Of a stretch of 64,000 nt of DNA, positions 41,181-56,671 are shown piece by piece. The position numbers were made by a program, and so were the translations under genes. This DNA comes from the human T2T-CHM13v2.0 reference genome, Homo sapiens. Each line of letters starts with the position of its first letter. Position 1 is the first letter of the stretch. A model generated the notes under the pieces. It was not told the origin of the DNA and did no database searches. It saw only the letters and a list, made by a program, of their open reading frames with translations. Where the stretch lies: the NCBI RefSeq assembly GCF_009914755.1, contig NC_060947.1. One strand, written 5' to 3'.

Positions 41181-44100
41181 AACCACAAAAACGGAAGTCA
41201 GGAACACGTAGCTTCTTCTCTCATTCCCTTACTGGAAAAAGGAGTAGTCCCGACTATTAATTCAACAAGTATACAAGGATCTAAGCTAACCATCTTTGGA
41301 ACATTATCACCTGGGAAATAAAAGGCAGCCCACCTATCACCTCATACTTCACATGAGGCAGCTGCTCTAAATATGAACTCCCCTCTTTGTTTTTCTCATC
41401 CCTATTTACCATCCATCCATTCATTCATTTCATTCAAGCTATGTTCTAGGCACTGAGCTGGAGACAGAAGTTAATAAAACATAGCCCCTATCTTAGAAGG
41501 TCTACTGACCTTATACAAAGGGCACCTTTCATTTTCACCACTCATAGAAGATGTTCCTAGATGAGGGAATGCCTATATAATACTATGAAGCACAGAAACA
41601 GTGCCAAAATTCAGGAAAAGGTAGGGAGGCAAGTATAAAATCTTTATTTTCCTAAGGTATGTTCAAAGGCTATAACACTGCCCATTTCTTTGGTATAAAG
41701 ATACTCATGTATCTCCAGAATATTTCTTTTTCCTCAAAGTGACAACCATTTATTCAACTGACTGACTACTGGTTGTTCTTATCCAAATGTCCCAAAGAAC
41801 TAGCTCCTAACAACTGCGGCTCTGTCGTCCGACATAGAGATTCAAATTCCTGTCTCACCCTATTAATTATGAAGTCTTGGACAGGTTCTTTCAACAATCT
41901 AAGCTTTTCAGTTTCTTCATATGGAAAATGAAGATTGAAAAGTCTTATCTTCAGAGGGTTGTAGTAAAGACTAAATGAGTTAAATGATATAAAACCCTAA
42001 CCATAGTGTCTGGCACTTAGTAAACAATCAATGTCAGTTAGTTTTCTTACGTCCAAAATTCAATTACCTCACCTCTGGCCCACCAATCTGCTCCCTCTCC
42101 TATATTTGTCATCTTAATGAATGGCACCATCATTCATCTAGCAGCCCAAACCAGATTTTTTCATTAATTGTAAACAGTTATCTTTCTGTAACACAGACTT
42201 GCCCCCATGACTCCCCATTGTTTGGCGTTTAGAACCCTCAGTCTAACTTGAGCTACACGTACGTTTTTCATAGGAATAAAATTTAAGAACCATCTGTTCC
42301 CTGCAATTTTTAATGTATGCAAAGCAAGTGTCACAACTTATAACTTACTTTTAAAGAAAACTGGTACAGGAGAAACAGCACTAAACTTGGAATTCGCAGA
42401 CCAAGGATAGAGCCCTAGGCTGCTGCTTATAAGCTTTATGATTTGAGGCAATTCAGATTTTCTCTTAGCCTATTACTTTACCTGTTCAAAATAAGGATAC
42501 TTGTCCTATCTACCCAAAGGATTATTACCAGGCTCAAAAATGAGATAATTCAGAAGAAAGAACTTTATAAATGTTAAAGAGCTGTACCAATGCACATTAT
42601 TACTAAGGTGAGGTAGCTTCATGAGGATAAAATACTCTGTAAAGTCCTTTTGATCTTGGAATTTAAAAAATCTTTGAATTGATAAGGCATCTCAACAGTC
42701 TTCTGTTCCTACTACACATAATATGTTTCAACTCTTTCTACTCCATTCTTACTTACGCTTCAATACTACCAGGACAAGAATGTACTACCTCACTAGGCAC
42801 TATAATATCTCTGAGAAAGTACTGCCTGCTACATGAAATTTTTCATTATATAGCAACTTTCCTCAGCTGTGAATTCTCTTTAAGAGGATTACTAATAAAT
42901 GATGACTAACTTGCCTGTACTCTATCTGCAAAGTCACAGGAAGTAAATCTACATCTATGACTCTAATCCACCCTGAAACTTATCTTTTCTAGATAACTTA
43001 AGTTCCTTCAAACATTTCTTTAAGACAGATAAGACTCATCACCATCTTCTTCTCTGAACACACTCCAAATCATCTTAAAGGGTGGTATATGGAATTGCAT
43101 GTAATTAACATTTCAACCCTCAAACGACCAATGCAGAGTAAAGGTCATATTATCTCCCTTGTCCTAGAAAATAAACTTATGTTAATGCAGTTCACATATG
43201 CATTATTTTTGGAATGCCCTCAACACAATGCTGACATATCAAGTTTTCTGATTAAATCCTTGTCTTGCACTGCAACCACACCCTGCATACCTGTTGTTAC
43301 TCTTAGTTCCATGAATAAAACTTTATTTAAAATTTTTGATTCATCTTTTTCCAGCTCTCATCCATTGCTACAGTCTCTATATATTAGATTCCAAATCTGT
43401 CAATCAGCCTCTTCACTATTTTCAGCTTCACGTCATCTCAAATTTTACAATAAACTTTCTTTTCTCAAATACTCACCCAGCTAATAGTATAGTATATACT
43501 AACAAAGCAACCTAAGAAAAAAATTGAGTGAAACATAATCTGAAGGGTATTTTATGCTCTACTTTTTGTAAAAATAGCTACCTCCTGAGTTTGGCAATAA
43601 TTTAAAATGTTGAACAATTTAATTTTTAAAGCAGCGAGCCAACATTATCCTACATACCAGTGCAGCTTTACAAAGCTTTTTCTACCAAAAAAAGCACCTT
43701 TATTTAAATGAAACTTTTCTATCACTTCATCAAAACAAGGATTCAAATGTTATCTATTAGAAATGAGCACAGAGTTACTTCTACAGTTAAGTTTCCCATT
43801 TGGAAAATGACGGTTGGTTTTATTAGAGATTAGGTTACATGGATTATGAGTCTTACTCAGTATTTTACTTTCTATTGTTTCCTAAGTTTAAGGAATAGTA
43901 CTTGTTAAACAAGAAAATATATTTCTCTAATTTTAAAAAACAAGTGGGAAAAAATGTGTTCTAAAGCTGGTCAGTACCACATTTAAACCCCAATTCTGTC
44001 ACTTACTGGTGTAGTTACCTGAACTTGGGTAAGTTATTTAACATTTTGAGCCTCAGTTTCTTCACTCACAAGATGCACATAATATCTACCTCACAGGGAT

Positions 44101-45177
44101 GTTGTAACTAAAAAGATCCACCAAGAGACAGTCTATGTTCAGTAAATGTTACTTCTTCTCCTCTCTTTTGCCTCAATTGACTGTGTAACATTACATTTCT
44201 ATAGGTAACTTCTAAAGATGTAATGCAATGAAGAAGTATCGGAGAGTGTTGAAACACCTGTTCCATCATTCACTACAGTCAATTTTCCACTAAGCAGGGT
44301 GGAAGAGATCATTTATGTATGTGCTATATTTTTATACAATGTAGCTAGAGAATGAGTATGGACAAAAAATAGTTTAAAAGTGAGGCAAATGTATTTATCC
44401 TCTCTCATCCCACCATAATGCCTTCCAGCCAAAAAATTTCAGAGCCTGGCAGATTGTATATATGCAAATGTGATGTGAAATACTGGAAAAGGTTAGGAAA
44501 TGCTAATCATGCTTTACTTTGTTAGCCTGAAATGTGTATAAAGTCACACATTAGATAACCTACAATATGGGTCTCATCAGAACAAATCAGATAAAGGAGA
44601 CTGTTCCCTTGACTTTCAGCAGGAATTGTTTTCAATGTTGTAAAAAATTATCACCTAAGATCATCTTCCAGGCTTAAAGAGGAAGAACAACTCCAATCAG
44701 TATTTCTGAATCAAGGTTTCAGGAACTCTAGAGTATTCCTAACTATTTTATGGAAAATTCTGAGGTTAAAAATATTTTGTTAATTTAAAAACTTTCATTT
44801 TAAGCAACTTTATTAAGCAGATTGCTTTGTTGTAATGGCATGATACAACAATGTACTTTTCCAGGCTGCTGTTTGATACCTCTGAAAATATATAATTAGT
44901 TAAAAAATACTTTGATTTCAGCAGGAGATCATCATGTATAAGTATGCTAGGACCAAAAGATGATCTGTGACTGATAAAATGCTACCTTGAACTCAGCAGG
45001 GTATATCATCTACTGACATTCTCCTACCTAGAAATGAAATGGACGTACGGACATTAAGAGAAGAATCTTCAGAGAGAGTAACAATCTGAAATAACAGGAA
45101 GGGAAGAGGAAAAGAAAAGATCCAGAGCCCTAGTATATTAATATGGAGACCCAGGCTGTAGGAATGAACAAGGACCA

Positions 45178-45180
<3 letters not shown>

Positions 45181-45209
<29 letters not shown>
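45181..45209. repeat. Poly-T (~29 nt)
   Basis: Directly visible. Confidence 0.9.
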
Positions 45210-45211
<2 letters not shown>

Positions 45212-46299
45212 ACCCTCAGGTTTCCACAAGTATATCTACTTTCCAAACTCCCTGATATCAGCAGTGGTTTTCCTGTCCAAAAGCTTACACAATAGGAATT
45301 CCATCATGAAGGTGCTGAGCATGAGGCATTAGAAACCTCTCTCAAACTTTGGTTAAGATACCACCAAATTGTTCAGAATCCAAAGAATCTTCTATGCAAT
45401 CACAATGAAACAATAAGAAACAAGCACTTTATATTCTTAATAAGGAATGTATATAATCCTTACCAATGTGACAGGATTAAGAATCAGCTCCTCATTTATC
45501 CTAAGGAAATATCAGAGATGTGCATAAAGACTTATGTACAGTGATATTCATCATACTCATTATACTGAAAAATAGAAAACAATCTAAATGACCAACAAGG
45601 GACTGGTTAAATAAATCATAATACATCTATTCATATGTAGGAATACTATGCAATGGTTAAAATCAGGGCCTCAAAGAAAATTTAATGATGCAAAAAATAT
45701 GCTTGCAATATATTACATTAAAAAGGATACAAAACTATATAGTATGACCCAATTTTGCATCCCCTCCTCCCAACATGTGTGCATGTAGCTGGCAAAACAT
45801 ATATAAAATCTTATCAGTCGTTACCTGGGTCACAGGCTTTTCTTCTTTGTAATGTATTTTCAAAGTTATATGCACTTATTATGTATTAATTTTATAAAGA
45901 GAAAAACAATACATGTAATTAGAAAAATCAGTTTATTTCTAGTTAAGGTGCCCTTATGCCTGCTTTACTATTCCTCTAGCTACTTAAGGTCTGTTAGTAC
46001 CCAACATTGTTCTATTTTCTAGATGAGGGTAGGAATGACCTCTGGTTATATTTACATTTTTATGTTTAAGAGGACCCTTTCAGAAACTTTTTTTTTTCCT
46101 GGTCCTGTGGTTGTGGCCAAGTTTCAGGCTGGGATCCACCTCATGTTTTTTGAAGTGTTACCGTCTAAGGGGGATTCTGCTTATGAAACAAGAGTATGTT
46201 GAGATAAGAATAAAGAAATGAAAACATAGTAGCCAAAATTAAATCTGCACTGTGAATAGCAAGTATTAGAATTGACACTACAGAAAACGGAATCCATGC

Positions 46300-46800
46300 C
46301 ACAGAGGACAAACTTGAGTAAATGAAAAAAAAAAGAAAGAAAGAAAGAAAGAAAAGATTTAAAGAAACTATGGAAGACAGACATAGAAATAATCTATGAA
46401 TAACAGATGTTCCTAAAGAAAAAAAAAAACAGGCAGTTTAATCAATCAAAAGTATAAGAAAACTTTCCAGTTCTGAAAAAAAAATACCTGAGACTGGAGA
46501 CTGAGAAGGTTCAACAGAGATCATCAACACCAAGACATGTCCTGGCAAATGTTTTTAAATTTCAAGGATAAAGATATAATCCTACAAGCATACAAGCAGA
46601 AAAAAATAGGTTATTTCAAAGGAACTGAAATCAGACTGACCTCAGATTTCTCCTCTGCAACAATAAAATGCCAGAAGACATTGAAGTAATCACTTACAGA
46701 GAATTGAAAAGGAAAAGTTATGATCTAAGAATTTTATACCTCATTCTAGTTTTTCGTGTTCAAAGCTCACAGGAAATTATTCTTAGATCTGCAAAGTCAA
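46300..46800 (+). mobile_element. Old L1M/HAL1-like ORF1 fragment with (AAAG)n
   Basis: atcagactgacctcagatttctcctctgcaacaataaaatgccagaagaca, IRL.SDFS.AT..ARR-like. Confidence 0.6.
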
Positions 46801-48336
46801 ATTTTCACCATCCTGGTAGTTTTTTAAAAAAATAAATTGTTCAAAGGTACATCCTAGACCATCAAAAGAGAATAAGAGATAAAGAATATTGAGGTAGGAA
46901 AGAACTGGTGAAGTATACTGACACCAACCTAATATCTAGAAATAACTGAGTAAAACAGTTAATCCCACTAAAAGAAAAGGGTTCAATAGTGAAGAATAAT
47001 TGATATAAGTATATAAACAATATAAAAGAAAAAACACTTCAGAAAGTTCAAAGTAGGATTTGTAACATCAGGTTAAATTAATGTGAACTCAAAATAAAAG
47101 AGGTAGTGGGAGAAGCCAAGATTCTAAATTCTCTTTCCTAGAAGGATATTTTAAAACCATTAGTTTTAGTAGTTATCCAGTAAATACAAATTTTGGAATG
47201 TTTTGAAAAACCATACAGTAACCAAGAATAGATATTACAGTTCGAATCACTAAAGATAATAACTGGCAGAGACTATTAACAATACTTTATGCAGGCATCA
47301 CATTCAACCCTAAGAACATGAGTCAGGTATAATTATTCCTATTTTATAGTTGAGGAAACCAAGGCTCAGCAAAGTTAATTACTGAATGGCAGAAGCAGGA
47401 TTCAAACCCAGATCTTTTTAGCTCCGTAATTCATTCTTCTATATTTCATAAGCTCCTCAAACAAAACAATTTATATGGAAGAAGAAAAAAACCTCACAAG
47501 AATAAAAAATGTAAAATAATATGACGGAAACCATTCCAAAAGTAATAATGTAAGAAATGTAAAGTTTAAAGTGTTTAATTATACAAGGAAGTGGCTTGCT
47601 GGATATTAGATGTCATTAAAGAATTACTGATGTTTTATGAGTGATGATAGTAAGGTCCTTATGAATTTTAAAAGTCTATCTTTTAAGAAGTATAAATGCA
47701 AATGTTTATCGGAGGGTGGTTAGGGGAATGAGAAGAGGAAACAGAAATGGAACAAGATTGGCCATGAGTTTGATAATCCTTGAGGCTGGGTTATGGGAAT
47801 ATGTTGGTTCATTACACTACTCTCTCCAGTCTGGTATGTGTTTGAAATGTTTGATAATCATAACTTTAATAATCAGGTTATATTTTTTAAAAAGTAAACC
47901 AACAACTATTTACTACTTTAAAGAGAAACCCAAACCAAACAGATAAGTATAAAAAAAAAATAAAACAAGCGTTTATAACATTAATACCAAAAATAAAATG
48001 TAAGGCAAAAACCTTAAGCTGAGTTAAAAAAGTCATTTTATTTGGATTAAAGATATAATCAATATTGAGTACACACAGTAAAAATGATTGCTATCATTTA
48101 CTGAGCTCCACATACCAGGCAAATGCTAAGGACTGTTATCTTTGATGCTTCTTAACCACTCTGTGAGGTATTATCACCAGTTTACAAATGAGGAAATTAA
48201 GCCAAGATAGGTATGTCAAACTTTCTAAGCACTGGATCCCCAGTCCCCTAGCAAAATGCCTGGCACACACAGTAGGTGTTCAATAAATATTTGTTGAATA
48301 CATGAGAAAGTCTAATATACTGCCTAAGGCTAATAA

Positions 48337-48689
<353 letters not shown>

Positions 48690-49094
48690 TAAAACCCCTA
48701 CTCTTAATCACATAAAAGTCTTTTAATAATATTCCATAGTAAGAGTGCAGAGGTTTATTTCCTTCTCTGTATTTTCTACAATTAGCATGTATCACTTTTT
48801 AAGCAAAAAAGTCATTAAAAACAGTAAATGCATAATAGTATTGAACATTTAACCATGACTAAACCAACCACAAAACACAAGAACAGATGCCTTGGAGAAT
48901 ATAACATAAACTAAATGGAAAGAAAATGGATGGGAAAATTTTAGTGCACTAATATCAACTAGCATAATAAATAAGGACAAAGCATTTGAAATAATTTATA
49001 TTAGAACAGGTAGATACTGAATTTTATAATGTAAAAAGAATATGGGTTGTTTTCAACTTATAAGTTTCTATGAAAAGTTATAAAAACTGACCAT

Positions 49095-49202
49095 GTCACC
49101 TAGGATGGAGTGCAGTGGTGCAATCTTGGCTCACTGCAGCTTCAAACTCCTGGCCTCACGCAATCCTCCCACCTCAGCCTCCGAAAGTGCTAGGATTACA
49201 GG
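49095..49202 (-). mobile_element. Alu monomer fragment (FRAM/AluJ-like)
   Basis: ggagtgcagtggtgcaatc...aaagtgctaggattacagg. Confidence 0.8.
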
Positions 49203-50732
49203 CCAGTTTAAAATTCTTAAAGGCAGGAATTACACAGGTCACATTTTCTGATTACAATAAAATATTGAATAAGGAAATAAAGCACTCACTCAGAAATTAA
49301 TATTCTTCTAAATAACTACTGGGTCAAGGAAATAAGTAACAGCTATCATTTATTCATTGCCTATTTTGTTCAAACTACAGTGCTACCTGTGTTACACATA
49401 TTCTCTCACTGAATCCCAATTAATAATTAAAAATCATCCATGAGGTGAGTTATTACGCAGAGAAGAAAAAAAGTTAGGTTGAGATTTTAATAACTTGTAC
49501 AAGATCATAGAGCTATTAAATTTGCAGATAAGATAATTAAATTCAAGTTCAAATACAAAGCTCCTACTACTTACATAGAAATGCTGTTATACTGCTGTTA
49601 GAGTTCACGTACAAGCATCTAGCTATGCTCATTTTTCTCCATTCATAAAATAGTTTTGTAATAAAAGTGGAGAAAACTAGAGTTCTTCAGCACATGTTCT
49701 GAAAGTATTTATTTGTTAAATACACTATTCTAGGAAGGTTATGGTTCATTTTTCTATCATTGATCAGATAAAATACTTCAAATTACATAATCTCCTAAAA
49801 GGGATTTCTTTAAATATACTCATTTTTATTAGGACAATGAAAAATGAAAGAAAACATAAAAATTAGGTAAACAAAATAGGGAATATAAGGAAAACATGAC
49901 TTGCCACTACATTTATTTCTAAAAACTGGTGTATCCTTGGAAAAGTTGCTTTTTTCTGGTATTTATCTGTAATCCATGAGTTCTATGGAATCTTGGCCAG
50001 CATGGATTTGAAAGTCTGCCACTAACTGTGGGCAAGCCCCCAAGCCTCTCTAAGTTGTGGTTGCTTCATCCATAAATATGTGACTATCCAGGAGCTCTCC
50101 CAGCTTGAAAGTTTTACGATCTTCTATAAAACTTTAAGGATTAAAGTTTTAGATTAAGGTTATTTAAAATTTTGGGGGGTTTTCGTACCCAAGGAAGTTA
50201 CTGATTCTATGTTTAAAGCTGTTTTTAACGTTACTTCTAAGTATAACTTTTTCTTCCACTTCTGCATTTAGAATAGTTTTATCTATACCTGTCAATGGTG
50301 CTTTTGTTCCCCAATGTAAACATAGATAATGCCAAAGAACTCACTGTACGAATGTTGTCAAATAAAAGAAAAAAATACAATATTGGTTTTTGTGCAGATT
50401 AAGGGAACTTAAAGCAATTTTATAATTTCCACAATCTGATCTATTATTTTACTAGAGAAAATTAGTAAAGTATCAATTAAAAAAATTGGGATCTACTCCT
50501 AATCCTATTCCTGCTTCTCCAATACCTTCAAACCCTCTTAGTACACAATGGCATTGGTAATATTTTCCAATCTGCCTGATGATCAAAATTACCTATGGTT
50601 CCTGTTAAAGATATATTACCTGGACCTATCTCAGCCCAACACTGAATCAGAATTCCCAGAAGCCCCATTGTTAAGTATATTATTTTTTAAACAGGCACCT
50701 TAGAGGATGCCTGTGATTACACAAGACTGGGA

Positions 50733-51038
50733 GGCCAGGCGCGGTGGCTCACACCTGTAATCCTAGCACCTTGGGAGGCCGAGGCAGGAGGATCATGAGG
50801 TCAGGAGTTCGAGACCAGCCTGGCCAACATGGTGAAACCCCGTCTCTACTAAAAACACAAAAATTAGCCAGGCGTGCTGGTGCATGCTTGTAATCCCAGC
50901 TACTCAGGAGGCTGAGGCAGAAGAATCACTTTAACCTGGGAGGCGGAGGCTGCAGTGAGCCGAGATCGCGTCATTGCACTCCAGCATGGGCAATGGCATG
51001 ACTCCATCTCGGAAAAGAAAAAAAAAAAAAAAAAAAAA
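50733..51038 (+). mobile_element. Alu (AluS-like) at the end of a MER5A-like element (~50545-50730)
   Basis: Full dimer. The preceding actgaatcagaatt...ttttaaacagg matches MER5A style. Confidence 0.93.
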
Positions 51039-52010
51039 GGGAAATCCCAGTGTAAAGATCATGAGCTCTGGAGCCTGATACATCAAGTTTCAAAGCCTGG
51101 CTTTGTTCTTTATTATAGGTGTGACTTTGGGTAAGTGACTTAACATGAATCTCAGTTTTCTAATCCATAAAATTTGGATCCTAATTATGCTGGAGGTTGT
51201 GGTACAGTTCAGTATGCCCAGCCACACTGGGTGTTTAGGAGGTGTCAGCTTCTCTTTCCTCCTGCTCATCTTGTCAGGGGAAACGACAATTACTGTTATT
51301 TGAGGGGATTTTGAAGAGCCCTTTGCCCTAATGGGTCCACTTCCATTTCTAGGGCTAAAAATCTGAGTTCTGGATAACCCTTTAATATATTACTTGGGTT
51401 GGCTAATTCAGGGGTCCTACAAACAAGTTAAATGATTTATTCTGGTTTCCAGAGGTTTAATGAAGCCCTCCTACCCAAAATAGATACACCATTATGCTGG
51501 GCTTCAAAGTCCAAGCTTTTATTTGCTGTGACTGTGGCAAAAATCATTTAAACCTCTGTTTCCCCATCTGTAAGACAAGTGATGCTAAATGTCTACTGAA
51601 CTAATAAACATTATTGATAACATAACTATTAATTAACACTTAAACATATATATTCTTACAAACATCTTTATGTACAAAAAGATAGCATTAATAAGTTACA
51701 AGGAAAACGATACAATGGTACTTGCTCAAATACACAATAAATCAGAACCTGTTTAACACAATTCTTGTTTGTGTAATATCAACTGTATCTCAATACAAAG
51801 TGTCTTAGGCATGTTTTTAGGTGAACTGACTTAGGAAGAAACAATCCAAATGATCCACTCTAATTAAAATATGTATATATATATTTAAAACTCACCCTAG
51901 GTTTAAACATAACCTAGTAACAAAGCCATCAAAACTAATTTCTGAAAAGATAACCACAAATGTAGTTTCTAATTAGAGTTCCATGATTAATTCTACATGC
52001 ATATTTATTA

Positions 52011-52305
<295 letters not shown>

Positions 52306-52399
52306 TAGAACACTTTACTAAACATTGTTAAGTTTTAACTGCTCACATAAGCTATAACTTAGAGAAACCTAAGGAAATTTTTAAAAACGAAAAATCTGA

Positions 52400-52719
<320 letters not shown>

Positions 52720-53347
52720 TTATTCAAAACAAAGGAAAAGTTACCCTCAAATCTTAAAAAAATAAAAAACAAAAAAAACCTTCAAATCCTATTGAAAGTA
52801 ATTTAAATTACATTAAAGAACCATAGCTTTTTTTCTCATTTTTTCAAATTGTTCTTTAATGCAATTCAGTGATTTTCTTCATTTAGGTCTTGTCCTTTGC
52901 TTGTTATATTTCTAGGCATTCAACATTTTTGTCGCTATTATGAATGAGATCTTTTTTCCATTACAGTTTCTGTTTATGGCTCCTAAACAGGAAAGCTGTT
53001 TGTTGATTTCTGAATACATTTTGTGTAATATCACCTTAGTAGGCTATCATTTGTTTTAATAAACCTTTTTAGTGGATTTTCTTAGGTTATCTAAGAGGAT
53101 AATTATATCATATATGAATAATCTTTTATCTTTTTGAATACTCTTTGATTTTCTTATTTAATTGCATTAGCAAGCTCTTCTAGAAGGTAAAATAGAAGTG
53201 AAAATAGCAGGCATAGTTTTAATGAGAATGCCTACAATATGTCCCCATGAAGCATGATGCTGGTTATTGGTTTGAGATGATTTTTTTAAGTATTAAGGAC
53301 ATACCCTTTTATTCCTATTAGTAAAATTACTGGGAATAAGTTTTTAA

Positions 53348-53648
<301 letters not shown>

Positions 53649-55090
53649 TAACCTACTTCACCCCAGTGGTAACATCTTATATCACTTCCTGTCAAAGCCA
53701 GGATATTGCAACTGGTACAATGCACAGATCCTACTCAGATTTCACTGGCTTTACAGGTATGTAGCTGTGTTTTCTAGGCCATTTGATCACGTGTGGGTCT
53801 CTATATCCACCACTACAGTAAAGATACCGAACAGTTTATTGCCACCAGGATCCCTCATGTGGCCCCTTTACGACCACACTTCCCTCCCCTTTTCCTAATT
53901 CCTGACAATCAGTAATCTCTTCTCCATTGCGATAATTCTGTCATTTTAAGAATGTCATATAAATCATATAGCATGTGACCTTTTTTTCACTCAGCATAAA
54001 TCCCTTGAGATTCATCCAAGCTGTTGTGTGTATCGACAATTCATTCCTTTTTAGTTAGCGAGTAGTATTATTCCATGATGTGGATGTGCTAGACTATTTG
54101 ACCATTTACCCATTCAAGGACATTTGGTTTCTAATTTTTGGATAGTACAAATAAAGCTGCTAGGAACATCTGTGCACAGACTTTTATGTGGACATAAGTT
54201 TTCATTTCTCTGCGGTGAATGTCCAGGAGTACAACTGCTGGATCATATAGCAAGTATATGTTTATTAATAAATGGCCAAACTATTTTCCTGAGGGGCTGT
54301 ATCATTTTATGCCCTCACCAGCAATATATGAGTGATCTAGTTTGTTTGCATCCTCGCCATTTATTATTGTCACTATTTTTTATGTTGGCTGTTCTAATAG
54401 GTATGTAGTGATACCTCATCATGTTTTTTCACTTCCCTGATAGTTAACCATGCTGAACATCTTTTCATATGCTTATCTGCTATTCATCTTTGGTGAAGTG
54501 TCTGTTCACTTCTTTTGTCTATTTTTTGCCTGGATTGCTTGTCTTTGTTATTGCTGAGTTTTGAGAGTTCTTTGAATATTGTAAATACAAGTCCGGTCTC
54601 AGTTACAGGTTCATACCCTTCGCAGAGTCTTTTTCATAGATAAAAGGTCTTGAATTTTTCAGAAGTTCAATTTATTGTTTTCTTCTTTTATAGAATTTGC
54701 TTTTGGTCTCAGGTTTAAATGCTTCATTTAGCCCACAGTCCTGAAGATCTTCTCCTATGTCTAAATTCTAAAAGTTTTCTAGTTTTACATTCAAATCCAT
54801 GATCCATTTTAAATTAACTTTTACACAGTACGAGATTTGGGTTGAGACTTATTGTTTTACCTATAGGTGTGCAATAGCTCCAGACACCATTGTTGAAAAG
54901 GCTATTTATCCTTCCTCTATCAAACTGCTTTTGTAACTTTGACAAAAATCAGTTGGCTGTACTTACGTGGGTCTATTTCTTGTTCTCCATCTTATTCCAC
55001 TGATCTATGTGTGTATCCCCTTGCCAATACTACAGTATTTTGAGTACTGGATATAGTAAGTCTTAAAATCATTTGGAAGGGTTCCTCCCA

Positions 55091-55365
55091 TTTTGTTTTT
55101 AGAGACAGGGTCTTGCTCTGTCACCCAGGCTGGAGTGCAGTGGTGTGATCATAGCTAACTGCAGCCTTGAACTCCTGGGCTCAAGGGCTCCTCCTGCCTC
55201 AGTCTCCCAAGTACCTAGGACTATAAGTGCATGCCACTATTCCTTGCTAATTTTTTAAAAAATTGTTTTCCTAGACATAGGGCCTTGCTATATTGCCCAG
55301 GCTGGACTTGAACTCCTGGCCTCAAGTGATCCTCCCACCTCAGCCTCCCAAGGTGCTGGGACTAC
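55091..55365 (-). mobile_element. Alu (AluJ-like)
   Basis: Diverged dimer. Confidence 0.9.
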
Positions 55366-56040
55366 ACCATTAAGTTTTATGTTAGCTGTAGGTTCATTAT
55401 CAAGTTGAGCAAGTCCTCCTCTATTAGGTGGCTGAGTTTTTATTATGAATGAATGTTTAACTTAGCTAAATTTTTCTCTTTCCCATAAGCCATTTTATGA
55501 TCAAGAAAAAATACGTTTTCTCCATTAGTATCATGTGACTTGTCTTCTTTAACCTTTTAATATGGTAGGCTACCTTGAATGATTTTTGAATACTGTGTCT
55601 GATGTGGAATAAAACCCACTTGGTCATGGCATGCAATTCTTATATGTTGTTAGATTTGTTTTGCTAGTTTTTGTTGAGGATTCTGTGTCTATGTGCTTCA
55701 GGGATATTGACCTGCAGTTTTCTATACTATCTTTAGGTTTTGCTATCAGGATAATACTGGCCTCATAAAATGAGTTGTAAACTGTTCTCTATTTTCTGGA
55801 AGAGACTATGTAGAATTTATGTGATTTCTTTATTCCTGACAGTCCAAGTTTCCTTCTTTTATCATTCTCTTTCAGGGTCTGCTACTCACAAATTCTCTTA
55901 GTTTTCCTGCATCCAAGACCACTCTGATTTTACCTTCATTCCTGAAGGATATTGTCACTTGGTATAGAAATCTGGGTTGACAGTATCTTCTTTCAGCACT
56001 TGAAAAATGGTGTGCCATATCCTTCTGGCATCCATAGATG

Positions 56041-56397
56041 TTTTGAGATGAGGTCTCACTGTGTCGCCCAGGCTGGAGTGCAGTGGTGTGAAGATGGCTC
56101 ACTGGGGCCTTGACTGTCTGGGCTCAAGTGATCCTCCAGCTTCAGCCTCCCCAGTAGCTGGAATTACAGGCACGTGCCACCATGCCTGGCTATTTATTTT
56201 TATTATTGTTATTATTTGTAGAAATGGGGTCTTGCCATGTTGCCCAAGCCGATCTCGAACTCCTGGGCTCAAGCAATCCTCTTGCCTTGGCCTCCCAAAG
56301 TGCTGGGATTATAGGCGTAAGCCCCTCAAAGTGCTGGGATTACAGGCGTAAGTCTCCCAAAGTGCTGGGATTATAGGCGTAAGCCACTGTGCCTGGC
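56041..56397 (-). mobile_element. Alu (AluJ-like) with an internal triplicated ~30-mer
   Basis: Dimer. TSD-like tccatagat. Confidence 0.92.
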
Positions 56398-56510
56398 AGA
56401 CGTCCATAGATTCTGATGGAAAATCTGCTGTCGCATGAGTTGTTCCCTATAGGTAACAGTTCATTTCTCTCTAACTGCTTTAAAGATTCTTTAATTTTCA
56501 AAAGTTTGAT

Positions 56511-56671
56511 ATTTTACTTTTTCAATTGTCATAAAACATAACATAAAATTCACTATCTCAACTATTTTAAGTGTATGGTTTAGTAGTATTAAGTATATTC
56601 ACATTATGCAACTAATCTTCAGAACTATCTTGCAAAATTGAAACTCTGTATCTATTAGACAATAACTACTC
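56511..56671 (-). mobile_element. Short L1M 3'-end insertion nested in the older L1
   Basis: 17-bp TSD attttcaaaagtttgat at 56494-56510 and 56672-56688. Antisense L1 3'UTR (acataaaattcactatc...aagtatattcacatt). Confidence 0.75.
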
